A DNA stretch of 62,979 nucleotides, filler included, from Kipferlia bialata (GCA_003568945.1; 6 parts of 6 records of this genome joined end to end with filler, not necessarily neighbours in it), one strand, 5' to 3'. Counted from the whole stretch's first letter, positions 38,949 to 52,997 are shown. Made by a program: numbers and translations. Notes: generated by a model not told the origin, from the sequence alone.

Positions 38949-39163
38949 TGTGGTAAGAGGGATAGTAGTACATACATATAAATGCAGAGAGAGAGAGATG
39001 TTATCTATTGAGTGATGGGGACAGGTATGTCACATCGACTGCAGGTCCTGTGGTAAGAGGGATAGTAGTACATACATATGAATGAGAGAGGTTAATTATT
39101 GAGTGGTCCTGTGGTGAGAAAGACGGAGGGGGGGGGGGGGAGGAGAAAAGAATAGAAGAGACA

Positions 39164-39263
39164 NNNNNNNNNNNNNNNNNNNNNNNNNNNNNNNNNNNNN
39201 NNNNNNNTTAATTAATTAANNNNNNNNNNNNNNNNNNNNNNNNNNNNNNNNNNNNNNNNNNNN
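39164..39263. other. Artificial contig linker
   Basis: N run containing TTAATTAATTAA. Confidence 0.97.
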
Positions 39264-39355
39264 CCCCAGGTCCCCCAACCCAAAACCCCCCCCCCCCCCC
39301 CCTCTCTCTCTCTCTCCAATTCATATCTATAGTATGTCTCTCTCCCTCACTCTAG

Positions 39356-40139
39356 GGCCTCTCTTGCTGCCAAGGCCGGTGTCAGTCCGGATCGTGTCTC
39401 TGTCTCTGTGTATGACCCTGTCCACACCGATGCAGACAGGGCACTGATGCAGAGGCTGGGGGTGGGGGTCAGTGGGGTCACAGACTGCACACTCAAGGGG
39501 GGGGAGGTGAGGGACCTGTCTGTCGGGCATATCGACAAATCTTTGTACTATCTCTCTCCCTCATTATTATATAATGTTTGTTTAGAGACCTGCTCCTCAC
39601 CCCAGCCCCTGCCCACCCTTGTGTACATGCCACACTGTCCCCTTGCCCTGTATGCATCCATGGTCAAGAGTGCCAGGGGGGTATCAGATGCACTACCATC
39701 AGTGTCTAGTGTATCAGATACCCTACCAGTGCCTAGTGCAACCCCTGGCCTATGGCTCTTAGGTAATGACCTTGGCCCTGCCTGTGACAGGGTGCTGATG
39801 AGGCATAGGGGGGCAGGGTCAGACAGTGTGGGGGGAGAGGCAGGGGGGTGGACACTGGTGGGCAAGAGAGGTGGGGGTAGGAAGGGGAAGGGGAAGGGGA
39901 GACACCCATCGAAGGCCAGGTTCAGTGCCAAGACAGAGGCAGAGGGAGGGAGAGAGAGAGAGAGATCCAGGCTCATGAAGGAGAGTGCCCTGTACCTGTC
40001 TGAGGTACCTGCCAGTGTGTGCTATGCATACAAGGAGGGACAGAGACCAAGGGGGGAGGGGCAGGGAGAGAGGGCATCTGCAGTGAGGGATGTATTGGAT
40101 ACAGCTCTCTCCAACACTGCCCTGTCCCACATAGGGTAG
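39356..40139 (+). CDS. SRR1-like domain protein, 3' part
   Basis: VYDPVHTDADRALMQRLG, PTLVYMPHCPLALY, LLGND and ALSNTAL match SRR1-family motifs (yDPvF, lfymPHc, iGN, aFnDta). Confidence 0.75.
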
Positions 40140-40850
40140 GGGTACACGCATATCCTAGAGAGTATATTGAGGGGGGGAGAGAGAGAGAGAGAGAGGTCTA
40201 TCCTACATATGATAGGGGGACAACCAAGGGCATGTTTCCTTCACTCTTCCCCTCCCCCTGCTAGCACTCTGTACACGTACCAGTCTGAGGCGTTGTACTC
40301 TTCGTGCCTACAGAGTACTCATCGTATGTGTTGGACAGGTATAGCTGGCACGGCTACTAACCGTGCACACCCCATGATCGAGTTGGTCACTCTGTGGGGT
40401 CAGAGACCACACCCATGTGGCATCCATCTGGACAATCATGTGGGATAGGACATGCACATGTGGGCTGTGGTACCCTCACACCCACATGTACTATGTATGG
40501 GTTATGTTTCGGTATCCACTGGTACAACTACTCCCTGTTGGGCTGGGATAGTGGAACAGTACTGTTATGGTCAGTGACTGGGTGTGATTTCTCGTCATAT
40601 ATGTATCTGCTGATGGTGGTTGGACAGTATCAAATACCGCACACCCTCATATCAATACACATTCATAGATGAGCACACAGTCTATTCTACACTGGACGCC
40701 TAAGGAAGTCTCTTCTTCTAACACTACAGATAACAACAGTCACCAAACGAAAACAACGAATACACATAATACACATACAGGTGCGTGTAGTACACGCAAT
40801 GCACCACCACAAGACACAAGATACCTCTCCCCCAGAAAGACATCCCTCTC

Positions 40851-42724
40851 TCACAGTGCCTCCATGAGCAGGTCTGCGCACTCCCCCCTGGCATGCTTCT
40901 GGGCCCTGTTGATACTATCTCTCAACACAACCTGGGGGAGGAGGGCACGGCCCTTGGCAATGAGCACACGCATCACACCTGGTGTGAGAGGGTACGCATA
41001 TACACATGAATAACGAGAGACAGAGGGGGGGAGAGTATCACACGCATCATATATCTGGGGGAAGAGAGGTTACGTGTATATCCAGTAGAGAGAGAGGTGT
41101 AAAGTAACCCACCTGGGTTGTGGTTTCTGGCCGAGTGGTAGAGTGCGTCGTGGCCGTCCTTGTCAATGAGCTCCAGCTCCCTTATGACGACAAACCCAGC
41201 CACCAGCACACCCCCACTGATGGCAGCATGGTGCAGGGCACACATGCCCCGGGAGTCCTGCTTGCCAGCCTCGTGGTCACACAGCATGCTGGGGGTGAGG
41301 GCGGAGAGAGAGGGAAGGAGTGTGTGAGAGAGAAGGTATGGTTACACATCATGCTGGGGGGTTACAGAACGAGGTTCAAAAGCAGAGCAGAGTGTAACAA
41401 TGTATATATATAGAATGCTGGGGTCAGATAAGAGAGGGAGAGATAAAGAGAGAGATATATGTGACAAGACACCACACAACACGTACCGCAGCTGGTCTGC
41501 CGTGGGTGAGTGTGGGGGTGTGCTGGCGAGGCCTGGGTTGGCAGCTGCCATCATCAATGCGGTCCGGCCCTCATTGTCGGTGTGACTGTGCAGGTCGAAG
41601 ACTGGTGTAAGGAGTATAGAGTACACTGCAGGTATTGTATATGTAAAATACATATGTGTCTGTGTGACTGTGCTGGTAAAGACTCCGGTGAAAGGTAGAT
41701 GAACGGAGTACAGAATGTAGTGTAACATACAACAGTATCCGCCTACCCGATCTGAACACGTCGTCTGGGATGTCTGGGGTGGGTCTCCTCATCAGAATGT
41801 GGAGGGAGGACAGACCAGCCTGAGGGGGAGAGAGGGAGGTTATGGTATGGCTCATGGAACAGTACAGTCATATGAATTAGGATATACGAGCATACCTTAG
41901 TGAGCAGGCCGTGCTCTATGCCCACACACTCCCTGGCCACCTGCCATGAACCACTGAGACAGGCAAAGTGCAGGGCACACCTGATGGTAGGGGATGCATC
42001 TAAACAGCATAGAATGAGTATAGTATAGTATACATATACACTATACTATTATCACTATCAATACCCACTCAGACAGGCAAAGTGCAGGGCACACCTGGGG
42101 GTAGCGGATGGGGGGAAGGGGGGGATATAAGTATATATTCTACAATATTATATGGTTCACTATCAGTACCCACTCAGACAGGCAAAGTGCAGGGCACACC
42201 TGGGGTGGGAGGCAGATGTATCAATTACACAATGTATGCAGTCATTATATCACACTATAAGTATCCGTCAGTACCTCCCCATTCTGTCCTGTGCCCCTGC
42301 CTCACTCATCAAGAGTCTGGCACACTGCACACTGCCACCCAGGGCAGCATGGTGCAGGGCGGTCTGGCCCATCTGGGTGTGAGGGAGAGAGAGTGAGAGA
42401 GAGAGAGAGATAGAGAGAGAGGGGGAGAGAGAGAGAGAACAAGAGAGGCATGTTGCAGGGCAGTCTGGCCCATCTGGGGGAGAGAGAGGTGGATGGATAT
42501 ACCACACACCTGGTTCCTGAGGCCCATCTCGAGAGGCACCAGCATCTGCACACACTCGGCATGGCCCTGGGGGTGAGGGTATATTCACTCAGTACACACA
42601 TTAACCTACCCCCTAACTAATGAATACCCACCTGCTGTGCTGCCCCCATGAGTGCACTGTTTCCCTTCTGGTTCTTTCTGATGGCCTCTCTCCTGAGGAG
42701 CAGGGACACCACGCTGGCATGGCC
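40851..42724 (-). CDS. Ankyrin-repeat protein of the Giardia protein-21.1-like 'EAGxQD' type (5' end missing)
   Basis: GNSALMGAAQQ, GQTALHHAALGGSVQCARLLMSEAGAQDRMGR, GRTALMMAAAN, EAGKQDSRGMCALHHAA. Stop at 40851-40853. Confidence 0.85.
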
Positions 42725-42974
42725 CTGGGGGGAGAGAGAGAGAGAGAGAAAGAGAGAGAAAGGGGGGGGGGGGGGGGGGGCCCCCGGGGGGGGGGGGGGG
42801 GGGGGGGTTCCCAGTGTTCAGTCACAGCAAGCTGTGAACACTTAGGACCACTCACTACATATACATATAGGAGAGAGAAAGTGTGTGCAGTCCAGAAGCA
42901 CCGTGTCCCTATGACGTCTACACTATCGAGTGAGACTGTAGATATACATAACTGCCACCCCCACCTCCTTGCAG

Positions 42975-43062
42975 AACACCTTCATGGTGGCATCAGAGGG
43001 CACCACAACCCTGGTCTGGCCCTTCTCAGTCCTGACCCGGATGGTGATGGGCTTGGCCTCCA

Positions 43063-43095
<33 letters not shown>

Positions 43096-44578
43096 TCTAC
43101 TCAACTGTCACCCAGTGATCAGGTACAAAGGGTACCCAAGTCTGAGAACTCAACTAATGAGGGTCTCTGTCGGGTTAGCAAGTGAAGGTCTGGTGCGCTT
43201 AGGTGGCAGGGACTGGTAGTTGAAGAGGAGACACAAGGTGTTGGTCTGGCTTGCTCTTTTTGCCTCACTGCACCCTTATACCACAGCTGTTTGTGTCAGT
43301 GCCAGGACGCCTCCACTCAGAGCATCATACCCAGGGTGGTACACTCCCATTTTCACTTCACAGCCACGGTGTTACTACATCCACCTGTAGTCTCCCCACG
43401 TCTGTGTGTCCCCCCTGTCCCATGCGCTTTGGCACCCTGTACTCCTCTGCCAGCTGTGGGGCATGCCGGGTACTGTCTAGACCCCTGGCGGCACTCTCCA
43501 GCAGGCTCTTCCCTCTGACCCACACTGTCTCTCTCCCAAGTGGGTATGGGCACATGCCGGGTTCCAACACCAATCTGGACATGTACCACGAGGCAGTGTC
43601 AAAGTGTCTGGCTGACACATCCATACCCCAGTCCATGCTAGGGCTGCCCTTGTATGTCTCTGCTGACAGGAGAGTGTGTCTGAGTGGGGCGCTAGGGCTG
43701 CTCTACCCCCTGACCTCCCCCCTCTCTGCCTCCCCCCTCTGGGACTCCCTGCTCGTCTCTCTCTCCCTCTCTGTGATTGGGTGTGTGTGCACCATGCTCC
43801 TAGGGGGCAGTATGTACCTGGGCACACTGGCAGGTATGGAGGGGTAGATGTACATGGGGGTGTCTTATCACAGAGCCTCCCACACTCATTCTTGTATGAA
43901 TACTCTCTTGACTTCCTATTGGTGACAAGTACTTCCCTCTGCCAATCTCTCTTGGTCTCTAACCATCAACATGCCCCCTCGCTCTCTACGTCTATCCCCC
44001 TACCTCTCCCTCACCCCCCAGCCGGTCTGTCTGGGATGTCCCTGTCCAACGCCCTGTCCCTCTGTCTGGCCCCTGCCCTCTTTGCATGCATCACTGCATG
44101 CATCTGCCGCATAGGTGTCCTTACACTCAGACTGATTATTGGAGAGTCATACTTCACAGTGGCTGCCGTGGCGTATCTATTCACTGCTCTGGTTGCCCCC
44201 CTGTGTGGCGTGGCCGTGCCTGCTGTGCTATACCCACCCAGACAAAGGGGGGACAGGCAGGGCATGGCTAGTAAGGGGGTGGCACCTGATGGGACAGGGA
44301 CTAGGCCCCACTTATCCTTGTTACTAGATACATGGAGGGTCTGGGTACCAGCTGGTGTTGCCCTGGCCCATACACCCCCCTCCACCCTCCTCCTGGCCCT
44401 TCCCTGTCTCTGCATAGCCATCATGCTCACCCTGATGACATGGGGCACAGTGCACCCACATACATGGCACCCGGCGCTCAGGGTGCCCCTCCTGCTTGTA
44501 CTATGCATGGGGTACATGCTGCTGTGGGTCAGGGCTGTGGTGATGGGGGTGTTCAGTGGCACGTCCCTCGGGCACTGA
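42975..44578 (+). CDS. Multi-pass membrane protein with lumenal region and ~6-7 C-terminal TM segments (topology loosely GPAA1/Gaa1-like)
   Basis: ORFs 43251-43847 and 43676-44578 join through a GT-AG intron (~43843-44020) and give a series of hydrophobic helices. The family call is weak. Confidence 0.5.
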
Positions 44579-44901
44579 TGTGCATTGTATTATACTGTAG
44601 TTGGGTGTTTAGGCACTGATGTCCAGGGATGCATTGTAATATATATTGTTGTGGTTGCTGTGTCTGAATTTTGTTATGGTACTCTGCTGTTGGTGGTCAT
44701 ATAGAATGTAGTCTAAAGGACTCCCCAGTCACTCTGGAGTAGCATACTAGCTAACAGATCTCTGTAAAGAGAGGCGGACCGCTGGATTCCCATTACTTGA
44801 CTCGGTTGAGGTTTTTGTCTTCAGTATTGACTAGACCCCTAGATCTGGAGCCGGACACTGACTGATGGAGGTCGCTATATACCGTCGCTATATACTCCGA
44901 G

Positions 44902-45853
44902 ATGGCAGATCTTAAGGGCCAGGTTATGGCCAAGATGCAGGCTGTGGTTGGCGAGATGGCCAGCTACAACCAGCTGTACCAGAGCAGTACGTGTATATAT
45001 CAGCATAACGACCTCTCTTTGTCCCTTGTCCCACTCTGACTATATGAGTATATATGAGTGTTTATTGCCTCTAGAGCCTCTATATGTATATATATGTGTA
45101 CAAGTGTGTGTACACTGACCCTAGAGAAGTTCGACCAGGCCATGGCGCAGGAGGACTCCATCCAGGCCTCCCTCTCCTCCCTCAAGAGAATCATTGACAG
45201 ACTGCCACCCAGGGACAGGAATGCGCTGCTGAAGAAGTTCAGGTGGGGCGTGGGTGTTATATATTGAACTATATATGTGCTGTGTGTATTGTGTGATGTG
45301 TATGGCCGGATTCATTTGGGTATACACTGTTAGATCTAACTATATCCTAGAATACTATTTGTATACTAGCCCCCCCTCCCCCCTTATGCCTGGGGTATGC
45401 AGAAGCAAGTATCTATATGTGTATCATGTCTTATGGCTAGGGATCTGCAGAAGCAGCAGATCCATCTATATATCCTACTATATCCTACTGTCATACTATC
45501 CCCCCCCCCCCCCCCTTATGCCCTAGGGATCTGCAGAAGCAGTTCCAGCAGACAGCAGCTGAGGTCATGAGGGCAGCCAGGGGGAGCAAGGGGGCAGTGG
45601 ACCCACTCACAGCACAGGTAGGGCATGTATATATACTCCAGATTATAGTATATAGTATATACTCTAGTCATATATATATATACCTATATATATATGCCTA
45701 TATATTATGCACAGGCATGGTGTGTGTAGTATATGTACTGTACTCTGTACAACAGACAGTCATATGTATATGCGTATTGATCCAATTGTGTGTGTTGTGT
45801 GTATATATCAGTCACTGGACGTGCCAATAGCTGAGGCATGATACTGTACTATC

Positions 45854-45889
<36 letters not shown>

Positions 45890-45902
45890 TTCTCCCCCCC
45901 CC

Positions 45903-45941
<39 letters not shown>

Positions 45942-46894
45942 TCCCACCCCAGGTGTTCCAGTCCCAGACCCATGCTGTGTCCCCCATGCAGAGACCACCC
46001 ACGTCAGGGGACAGGTGGGGCATATGCATCGTTCTGTATATGCATCCTAGTGACCATGCATATTTGAGTATATGTGTCCTTGAGGGCTAGTATTCTCTCC
46101 TCCCATTGCTTCTTCCCCTCTCACCTAGCTTTGGCTCCACTGTTGGCACCCAGCGCATGTCCCAGACAGCCATGCCCAGGGCAAGGGGAGGTGGGACACT
46201 GCTACTAGCAAGTTCACTACCAGATGTATACATATTCATCTGTCCGTTTCTAGGCCTAGTATGTGGTTACTCTCTCCATACCCCCCCCCCCCTCACTCCT
46301 AGATGACCCCCGTGGCATAGGAGACACTGCTACTAGAAGTACACTAGTGGACATGTAATTATTATTGTTGTGTGTTACTCCAATGATGTCCCTCACTTCT
46401 AGATGACCCCCGTGGCATGCGCACTGCGTCCAGTGCAGTGGGCAGGGCTAGGCCTAGGTCAGGGGTGGAGAACACCCCCCACAGACAGGGTGCCACAGTG
46501 CTAGGCAGTGCAGAGGGGACAAGTGGCAGACAGAGCGCTAGGTACTCTCTGTCTCTCTCTCTCTCTATCTGTCAGACACTTCTCTCTTGCTCCCTTTAAC
46601 CACAAGGAAGACTGGTGAGGAGGCCCACAAAGAGGCCCTTACCAGCCTTGAGGCAGCTGTCAACAAGATGAAGAGGGAGGGGCCTAGGTGGGGGAGTCTG
46701 TGTATATACTTATGAAGAGATGAATTGTCTGTCTCTCCCCTTACCTCAGGGGCAGCACCCTCACCATGGTGCTGCAGTCCGCACTGGACTCGGCCAGGCA
46801 CTACCAGGTGGAGTATGTGTATATGTATTCATATACCTGTATAGAGTATGTTCCAGACACCACCATGCCTCATCGCCCCTACCCCCATCATATT

Positions 46895-46936
<42 letters not shown>

Positions 46937-49900
46937 TGTATATATCCCCCCTGACCCAGGCTGGAGTGCAAGAGAGGGACAGGCGTGTGGCCGGTATGAA
47001 GATGGAGAGAGAGGCCAGGGAGAAGAGAACCAAGGAGGTATGATACACATGCTGTGGGTTTCGTACTATCATGCTGTCTCCCTTGGTACCTACACTCTAC
47101 CCCCCCCCCTCCCCCCAGGTTGAGGCCGAGCTACATGACCTCAAGGTGTCCATGGCCAGGGTCAGCCAGCAGATGCAGGTGGGGGCACAGTATGTGTATG
47201 TATATATATATATATATGTATTTGTGCAAACTAACCTCAGGAGACAGAGAGCACCGATGCAATCAGGGACAGACTCAGGGTGCGGGGTAGATAATGATAT
47301 ACCAAGTTTATTATATGTTTTCGTGTACCTCTTTGTTGAAGGCACAGTTTCCGTATTCTGGATCCTGAGATAATGATAGTTTTCCTCTCTCTCTCTCTCA
47401 CCCCTCCCCCCCCCCTTCCAACCTCAGTGTCTGCACCGTGACGTTGACTCCCTGTCCCTGAGGCTCAATGTCCCTGCCCCACCCCTCATGGTCAAGGAGA
47501 CAGACGACAGGTATGGTGTATGCTATATAGTACAGTATACTATATGGATGAGTGTGTGTCGTGTTCCGACCCTCATGGTCAAGGAGGCAGACGACAAGTG
47601 TAGGGGACAGGAGTATAGTGGTATATACTGTAGTGGACTATATGGATATACTGAGAGAGTGCTGTACACTCCTACTCCTCCTGCCTTTTCCCTCACCCCC
47701 AGGGTAGCCATGCTGGCCTATGAGTGCAGCCTGCAGAGGTCCATGATACAGCTGCTGGTCATGAAGGACTCAGGTCGGTACAGACATATGCTTCTCTTTC
47801 CCTCTCTCTCTCCCCCCTTATTCCAGAGAGAGACCGGATGGAGGCTGTCAAGTCAAGGGGCGGCACATTCTCTGCAGACCCCGTCAAGGAGACCAAGGAG
47901 AAGGTGGGGGGGTTTCTTTGTATAGTGGTTTGTCACCTTTATTCATATATTGGCCAATTCCGTGGATTCCTTCTCACTTGCAGGTGGACCCCGAGACCCT
48001 GTCCCTGCCCACTGCTGGTCTGACTGGGGGGGCTGAGGAGAGAGAGGAGACCAAGGCCAGGGACAGCGACAGACACCTCTCCCAGACAGCCAGGTATACA
48101 TATACATATATATATCTATATATATATATATATATCACTCTCGAAGAACTTGACACGGCTGTGAAACACTCTCTACGTGTGCGGTGTCTCTTAACCCCAG
48201 GCACAGGAAGAGAGAGAGAGAGAGGGCCAAGGAGAGAGAGGCCGAGACCCCAGCCATGGTGCTCAGGGGGGAGTTTGGGGGCAGCGCAGGTATGGGGGTT
48301 ACGTGTTAATGTGGGATATGGATATACCCTCTCTCTACCCCCTCTCCCTCACCCTCCAGAGCTGTGTGCCCGTGCTCTGATGGACCTCCGCCGCACCACA
48401 TCAGCACTACTCCTCAACGAGATCAGATTCGACCAGGAGCCACTGCTCGAGAGGAAGGTGGGTGTGGGTGTTGTATGCAATGATTGTTGCTTGGTAATAG
48501 GGTCTACTAGAAGAGTGTGCCTACAAATATACTGTTGAGTCCGCGAAACACCCCCCCCCCCCCCCTTACCGCCAGGGTGAGACCGAGTCCAGCCTCAGAC
48601 TGCTGGTGTCTGCCCTCCAGACAGAGCTACACCACACAAGGTATAGGAGGGGGGGGGGGTATATGGACAAAGGGCAAGATTGAATAGGTCTCTCTCAAAT
48701 TCTCTCTCCCCATCTGACCCCAGGACCCAGCTTGCCGTTGCCACTGCCGTGGGTCTCCCTACCAAGAGTGACAGGACCCAGGACGAGACAATGGCACTCG
48801 GTGCGTGGTGATTAGTATAATCCTTGGTCATCTATAGATGTATCGTTAAGCGCCCCATTCCTAGTCTCACCTCAGGCTCTCTTGTCAAGGCGGGTCTTCT
48901 CCCAGAGTCCCCTACCGCGAGACAGCTGTCAGACCTCGCAGGTTGGTTATCCCTCTACTCAGTTCTCTCCCTTCTCTCTCTACCCCCCAGACAGTGCCCT
49001 TGCAGAGCCCGACATGCTGTCACTGGCAGAGATGGCAGGTGGGTGTATGTATATATATTCATAAAGCTATTAGTACAAGTGTATGTATTGGTATTCCGCT
49101 ACTGATAGTGTCTGAGATGCTAATGTGTATCTCTAATTCTGTATACCGCTACTTGATCCCTCTCCACCCTTCTCACCCAGACCTGTGTCCCCCCAAGATC
49201 ATAGCTGAGCTGAATGCGGCCCTTGATGCATGCACCCTGTCTCTGGATCAGGTACATAGCACACATCAGTATATGCGTGTATCCTGCGACTCTTATGGTA
49301 AATATAGGTGTATGTGCATGTATGAAAATGCATGTCATCTCACCGCCAGGCCAAGGACAGGCACTCCCTCAGGGGCACAGGGGATGCAGCCAAGGAGCTA
49401 GGTGGGTGTGGAGTGGATTCATTAGTATTTATAGTATCAGTACTTGCCCTAGTGTGCCTCACCCCAGGCCGCATCCTGCGTTCCAGAGATGAGGCCCTGT
49501 CCCAGATCAAGGTGGTGGGGGCAACATTCATAGAGGCAGCTAAGGTATGGCTCGTGAGTATGTATAGAGACACTCAATAGTCTACACACAGTCACTTTGT
49601 GATCTCTTGCTCCCCCCCCCCCCCTTCTCTCTACCCTCACCCCAGGCCCTTGTCAACGATGGAGATGAGGTTGGGGTGGGGCTGGCATCCGTCACTGAGG
49701 TATGGGGACACATAGTTGTATGGGCAGAGAGAGAGACCTATCATAAGTATGTATCATCCTCTCCTCACCTTTCAGGATGTGCAGCGCATCATCAAGAACA
49801 CGAGACAGAAGAAGGGAGATAGGGAGGAGGAGACCGTGGTGACTGGGGGTGGGACCGAGGTGTCTGCCTCTCTATCGCTGGGCCTCCCTGCCCCAAAGAC

Positions 49901-51532
49901 ATCTGGTACAAAGGGTGCAGCCAAGGGAGATGAGTCATTCGACAGTGACTACGATAGTGACGCAGACTCTGACTTTGTGTCAGACAGCGATGAGTACAGT
50001 GACAGTGACGGGTACGATGAGGAGAGGGAGAAGGGCAGGGAGAGCCTCCTGGCAGCCTATGAGGCCACGGCCAGTGACAGCTTTGTGTCACTGTCACTCA
50101 CAGAGGCAGAGACATTCAGAACAGGTGCAGGGGGCTGAGTATATATCTGCACACACACGTTCACCCCATACTCTCTCTTCCTGTAAACTCACCCCCAGCC
50201 ACCGACAAGAAGTTGGACGGCATGACAGAGCTACTGTCAGACGTACAGGTATGTAGTTATATATATTGTGTGTACAGTGGACGATGCACGCAAGGTCACG
50301 GATGTACACCTCTATCGCCTCACTTTCAGGTCCAGCTACAGTGCAACGACTCCGACATCGAGCTGGAGGATGAGAAGATTGTGAGGGACGTGCTCACCCA
50401 GCACAGGTGTGTGGCAGTATATATATACAAGAGGATACCCTCCATTATCCCACATTACCTCATTATCCTGTTTCCACTCTCTCTCTCCCACCCCCAGTGA
50501 CGCCCTGTCTGTCATGCGGGGTCTGGTCATGCTGCTGGCCAGGAGAGACATAGCAATCAAGAGGTGGGTTGAGCAGGTTATTCCCTGCTATTGCTCTCAT
50601 ATTACACTTCTTTGATTATCCTCCTACCCCCAGGCTGCAGGACATCCTGACTGCCTCTCTGGTGACCAATGACACACAGAGGGCTCAGCTCACAAGGTAT
50701 ATAGTGTGTGTAATACTTACATATCCGGACCCTCCTCTTCTCACCTCCAGGGCTGCTGTGGCGAGGGTGGCCTGTGTCAAGACCATCACAGAGCTAAGGG
50801 CAGAGACAGAGAACATCAGGCACACAATGCAGGTGGGGGGGACTCAGTGTGTGTGTACTACCTTCTCTCACTAGGCATTGTAGAGTTATCCCTCTGTCTC
50901 ATCGCTTCTGACCGCAGGGCCTGACCCAGCTACTGAGCATGCCCAGTACCAGAAACGTGGATGCTATCTCAAGGTGTGTACAACACTTGTATACCTCGTT
51001 CTTATCCTCTCTCTCTCTTACACCCCTAGGTTTGTGATGGGTGTCACCGCCAACCCCTACCTAGATGACAGGGAGAGGGCCTCCCTCAAGGGTATCGTGT
51101 CTCTGGAGACCCAGGAGTGCTCGGGTATCAAGGAGGAGATACAGGTACGCCCTATGTACCTTCATATAGTCATGTATATGAAACTGCCATGAGATCAATG
51201 GGACTTAGACATCCTATCTACCCATTGTAGTACATAGACGCTCCCCCTCCCCTGACCCCCAGGCCACTGTGGACGAGGGACTGTCCGATGTGCAGAGGCT
51301 GATGGGGCTGTTGCTCAGTGGCGTCACAAGGTATGACCGTAAGTCATCTCACTCTCTCTACCTATACTGCCCTCACCCCAGGTACTGCCGCAAGGTGACC
51401 TCCCTGTCGAGCCGGGCAGCACAGACAGAGTCCTATGTAGCCCAGGTAGACCAGTGTGTGCAGATGGGGCCTGGTCTAGAGGCAGAGGCCGAGACACCCG
51501 CCAAGGAGGAGAAGGGGGGAAGGAGGCGGTAG
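44902..51532 (+). CDS. Large multi-exon coiled-coil protein of unknown function (apparently complete)
   Basis: Starts MADLKGQVMAKMQAVVGEM; about 30 GT-AG exons with heptad-like E/K/R/Q/L/A content; acidic Ser-Asp block at 49930-50020; stop at 51530-51532. Confidence 0.75.
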
Positions 51533-51817
51533 TAGCAGGTGGGCTCAGACCCCTCCAAGTAGGTAGTACGTGTATTAGGTATAATAGAGCAACGGAATGA
51601 TCGATGCTGGAAGATTGAATAGTATGATCTGGAGTGGGTCTGAATCAGACTCTGAACACTTCCCAGATGACATTCCATCGTAATGGTATCGTCGGATAGT
51701 AACACTACATCTTAGCAACAAGCTCTCATATACAACTCTAAGTTAGAGTCTAACCAGTAATAATACATGACGTGTATTTGTTATCACTATATGGTCCGAA
51801 GCGGACCACTCTGCAGT

Positions 51818-52997
51818 CTATTTCTTCTTCTTCTTGCCTTTTTTGCCCTTCTTTCCCTTTTTCCCCTTCTTTCCTTTCTTGCCCTTCTTTGCCTTCTTCT
51901 TCCCTGTCGAGAATGTCATTCCTGCCAGCTCAGCCTGTCTCTTCTGCTCCCCGTACTCCCAGCTGGGGTGAGAATGGAGATATGTACATAGATATAGGTA
52001 TCATGAGAGAGAGAGATAGAGACCCATACTCCCAGCTGGAGTCAGTAGCAATAGCGTGAGTATGAATTGTTACTGATGATATGGTATAAATATACATAGT
52101 ACTCACTTGTACTTCTTGGCTGGCTCTGGTAGCTCTGCCATGAGCTCTGCGTTGCCATACTCCTTGGCCCAGTAGTAGGCAGACTTGCCCTGGGGTGAGG
52201 GGGTATGTTCAGTCCATCCAATACGATTGGGATCCATGTCATCTCTACGATCCTCTATACCTGGTTATCCTCTAGAGCCAGGTCTGCCCCTGCGTCTATG
52301 CACATCTTGGCTATGGTACTGTTGCCCCTGAGGGTGAGGTAAGGGCGGAGAGATCTATAACATAGGAAGAGGAAGAGGATTTCAAAAGAGCTCTAAGAAA
52401 CATTCAGAGATGCACATACCTAGCGGCACACAGGATGAGAGCTGTCTGACCCAGAGCATCGGGAAAGTCAACCTGAGGGTGGGGTGGGGAGAGAGAGAAA
52501 CAAAGGAATCAGGTGTCCACTCAACCACTGCACTGTGTGTACCTGTGTCCCCCTCTTTAGTGCCACGAGTGCCACCTCTGCCCTACCGTCCAGGACAGCA
52601 CGGTGCAGGATGGTGCCTGGGGTGGGATACGGGGATATATATATATTCATACTTACCCAAATGGAATGCTATATGGGTTTCAATGATATTCATATGTATA
52701 CACCCACTCCACCCACCCTTGTTGCACCCGATGTGTGTCTCGTCAGGGTCACATCCGGCATCAAACAGAATCTGGAGCATCTCAACGTCATCCCTGTCTG
52801 CCGCAATCTGGTATCAGTTGGGTAACACATTAACAAGGGAGGGGGGGCATCACTTGTATTTTAGTATGCAAAGAGCACGTGTGGTACTAGTTGATAGTGG
52901 AGAGTCACTCACATGCAATGGGCTGGCCACTTGGGACACTGCTCTGAGGTCAAATGCCCTGTCAGCCAGGATACGGTTGACACCCTCATGGTCACAC
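51818..52997 (-). CDS. Small ankyrin-repeat protein with basic (KKG)n tail (5' end missing)
   Basis: SPLH|IAADRDDVEMLQILFDAGCDPD, TILHRAV, GNSTIAKMCIDAGADLALEDNQ|GKSAYYWA, ending GKKKAKKGKKGKKGKKGKKGKKGKKKKK*. Confidence 0.8.
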
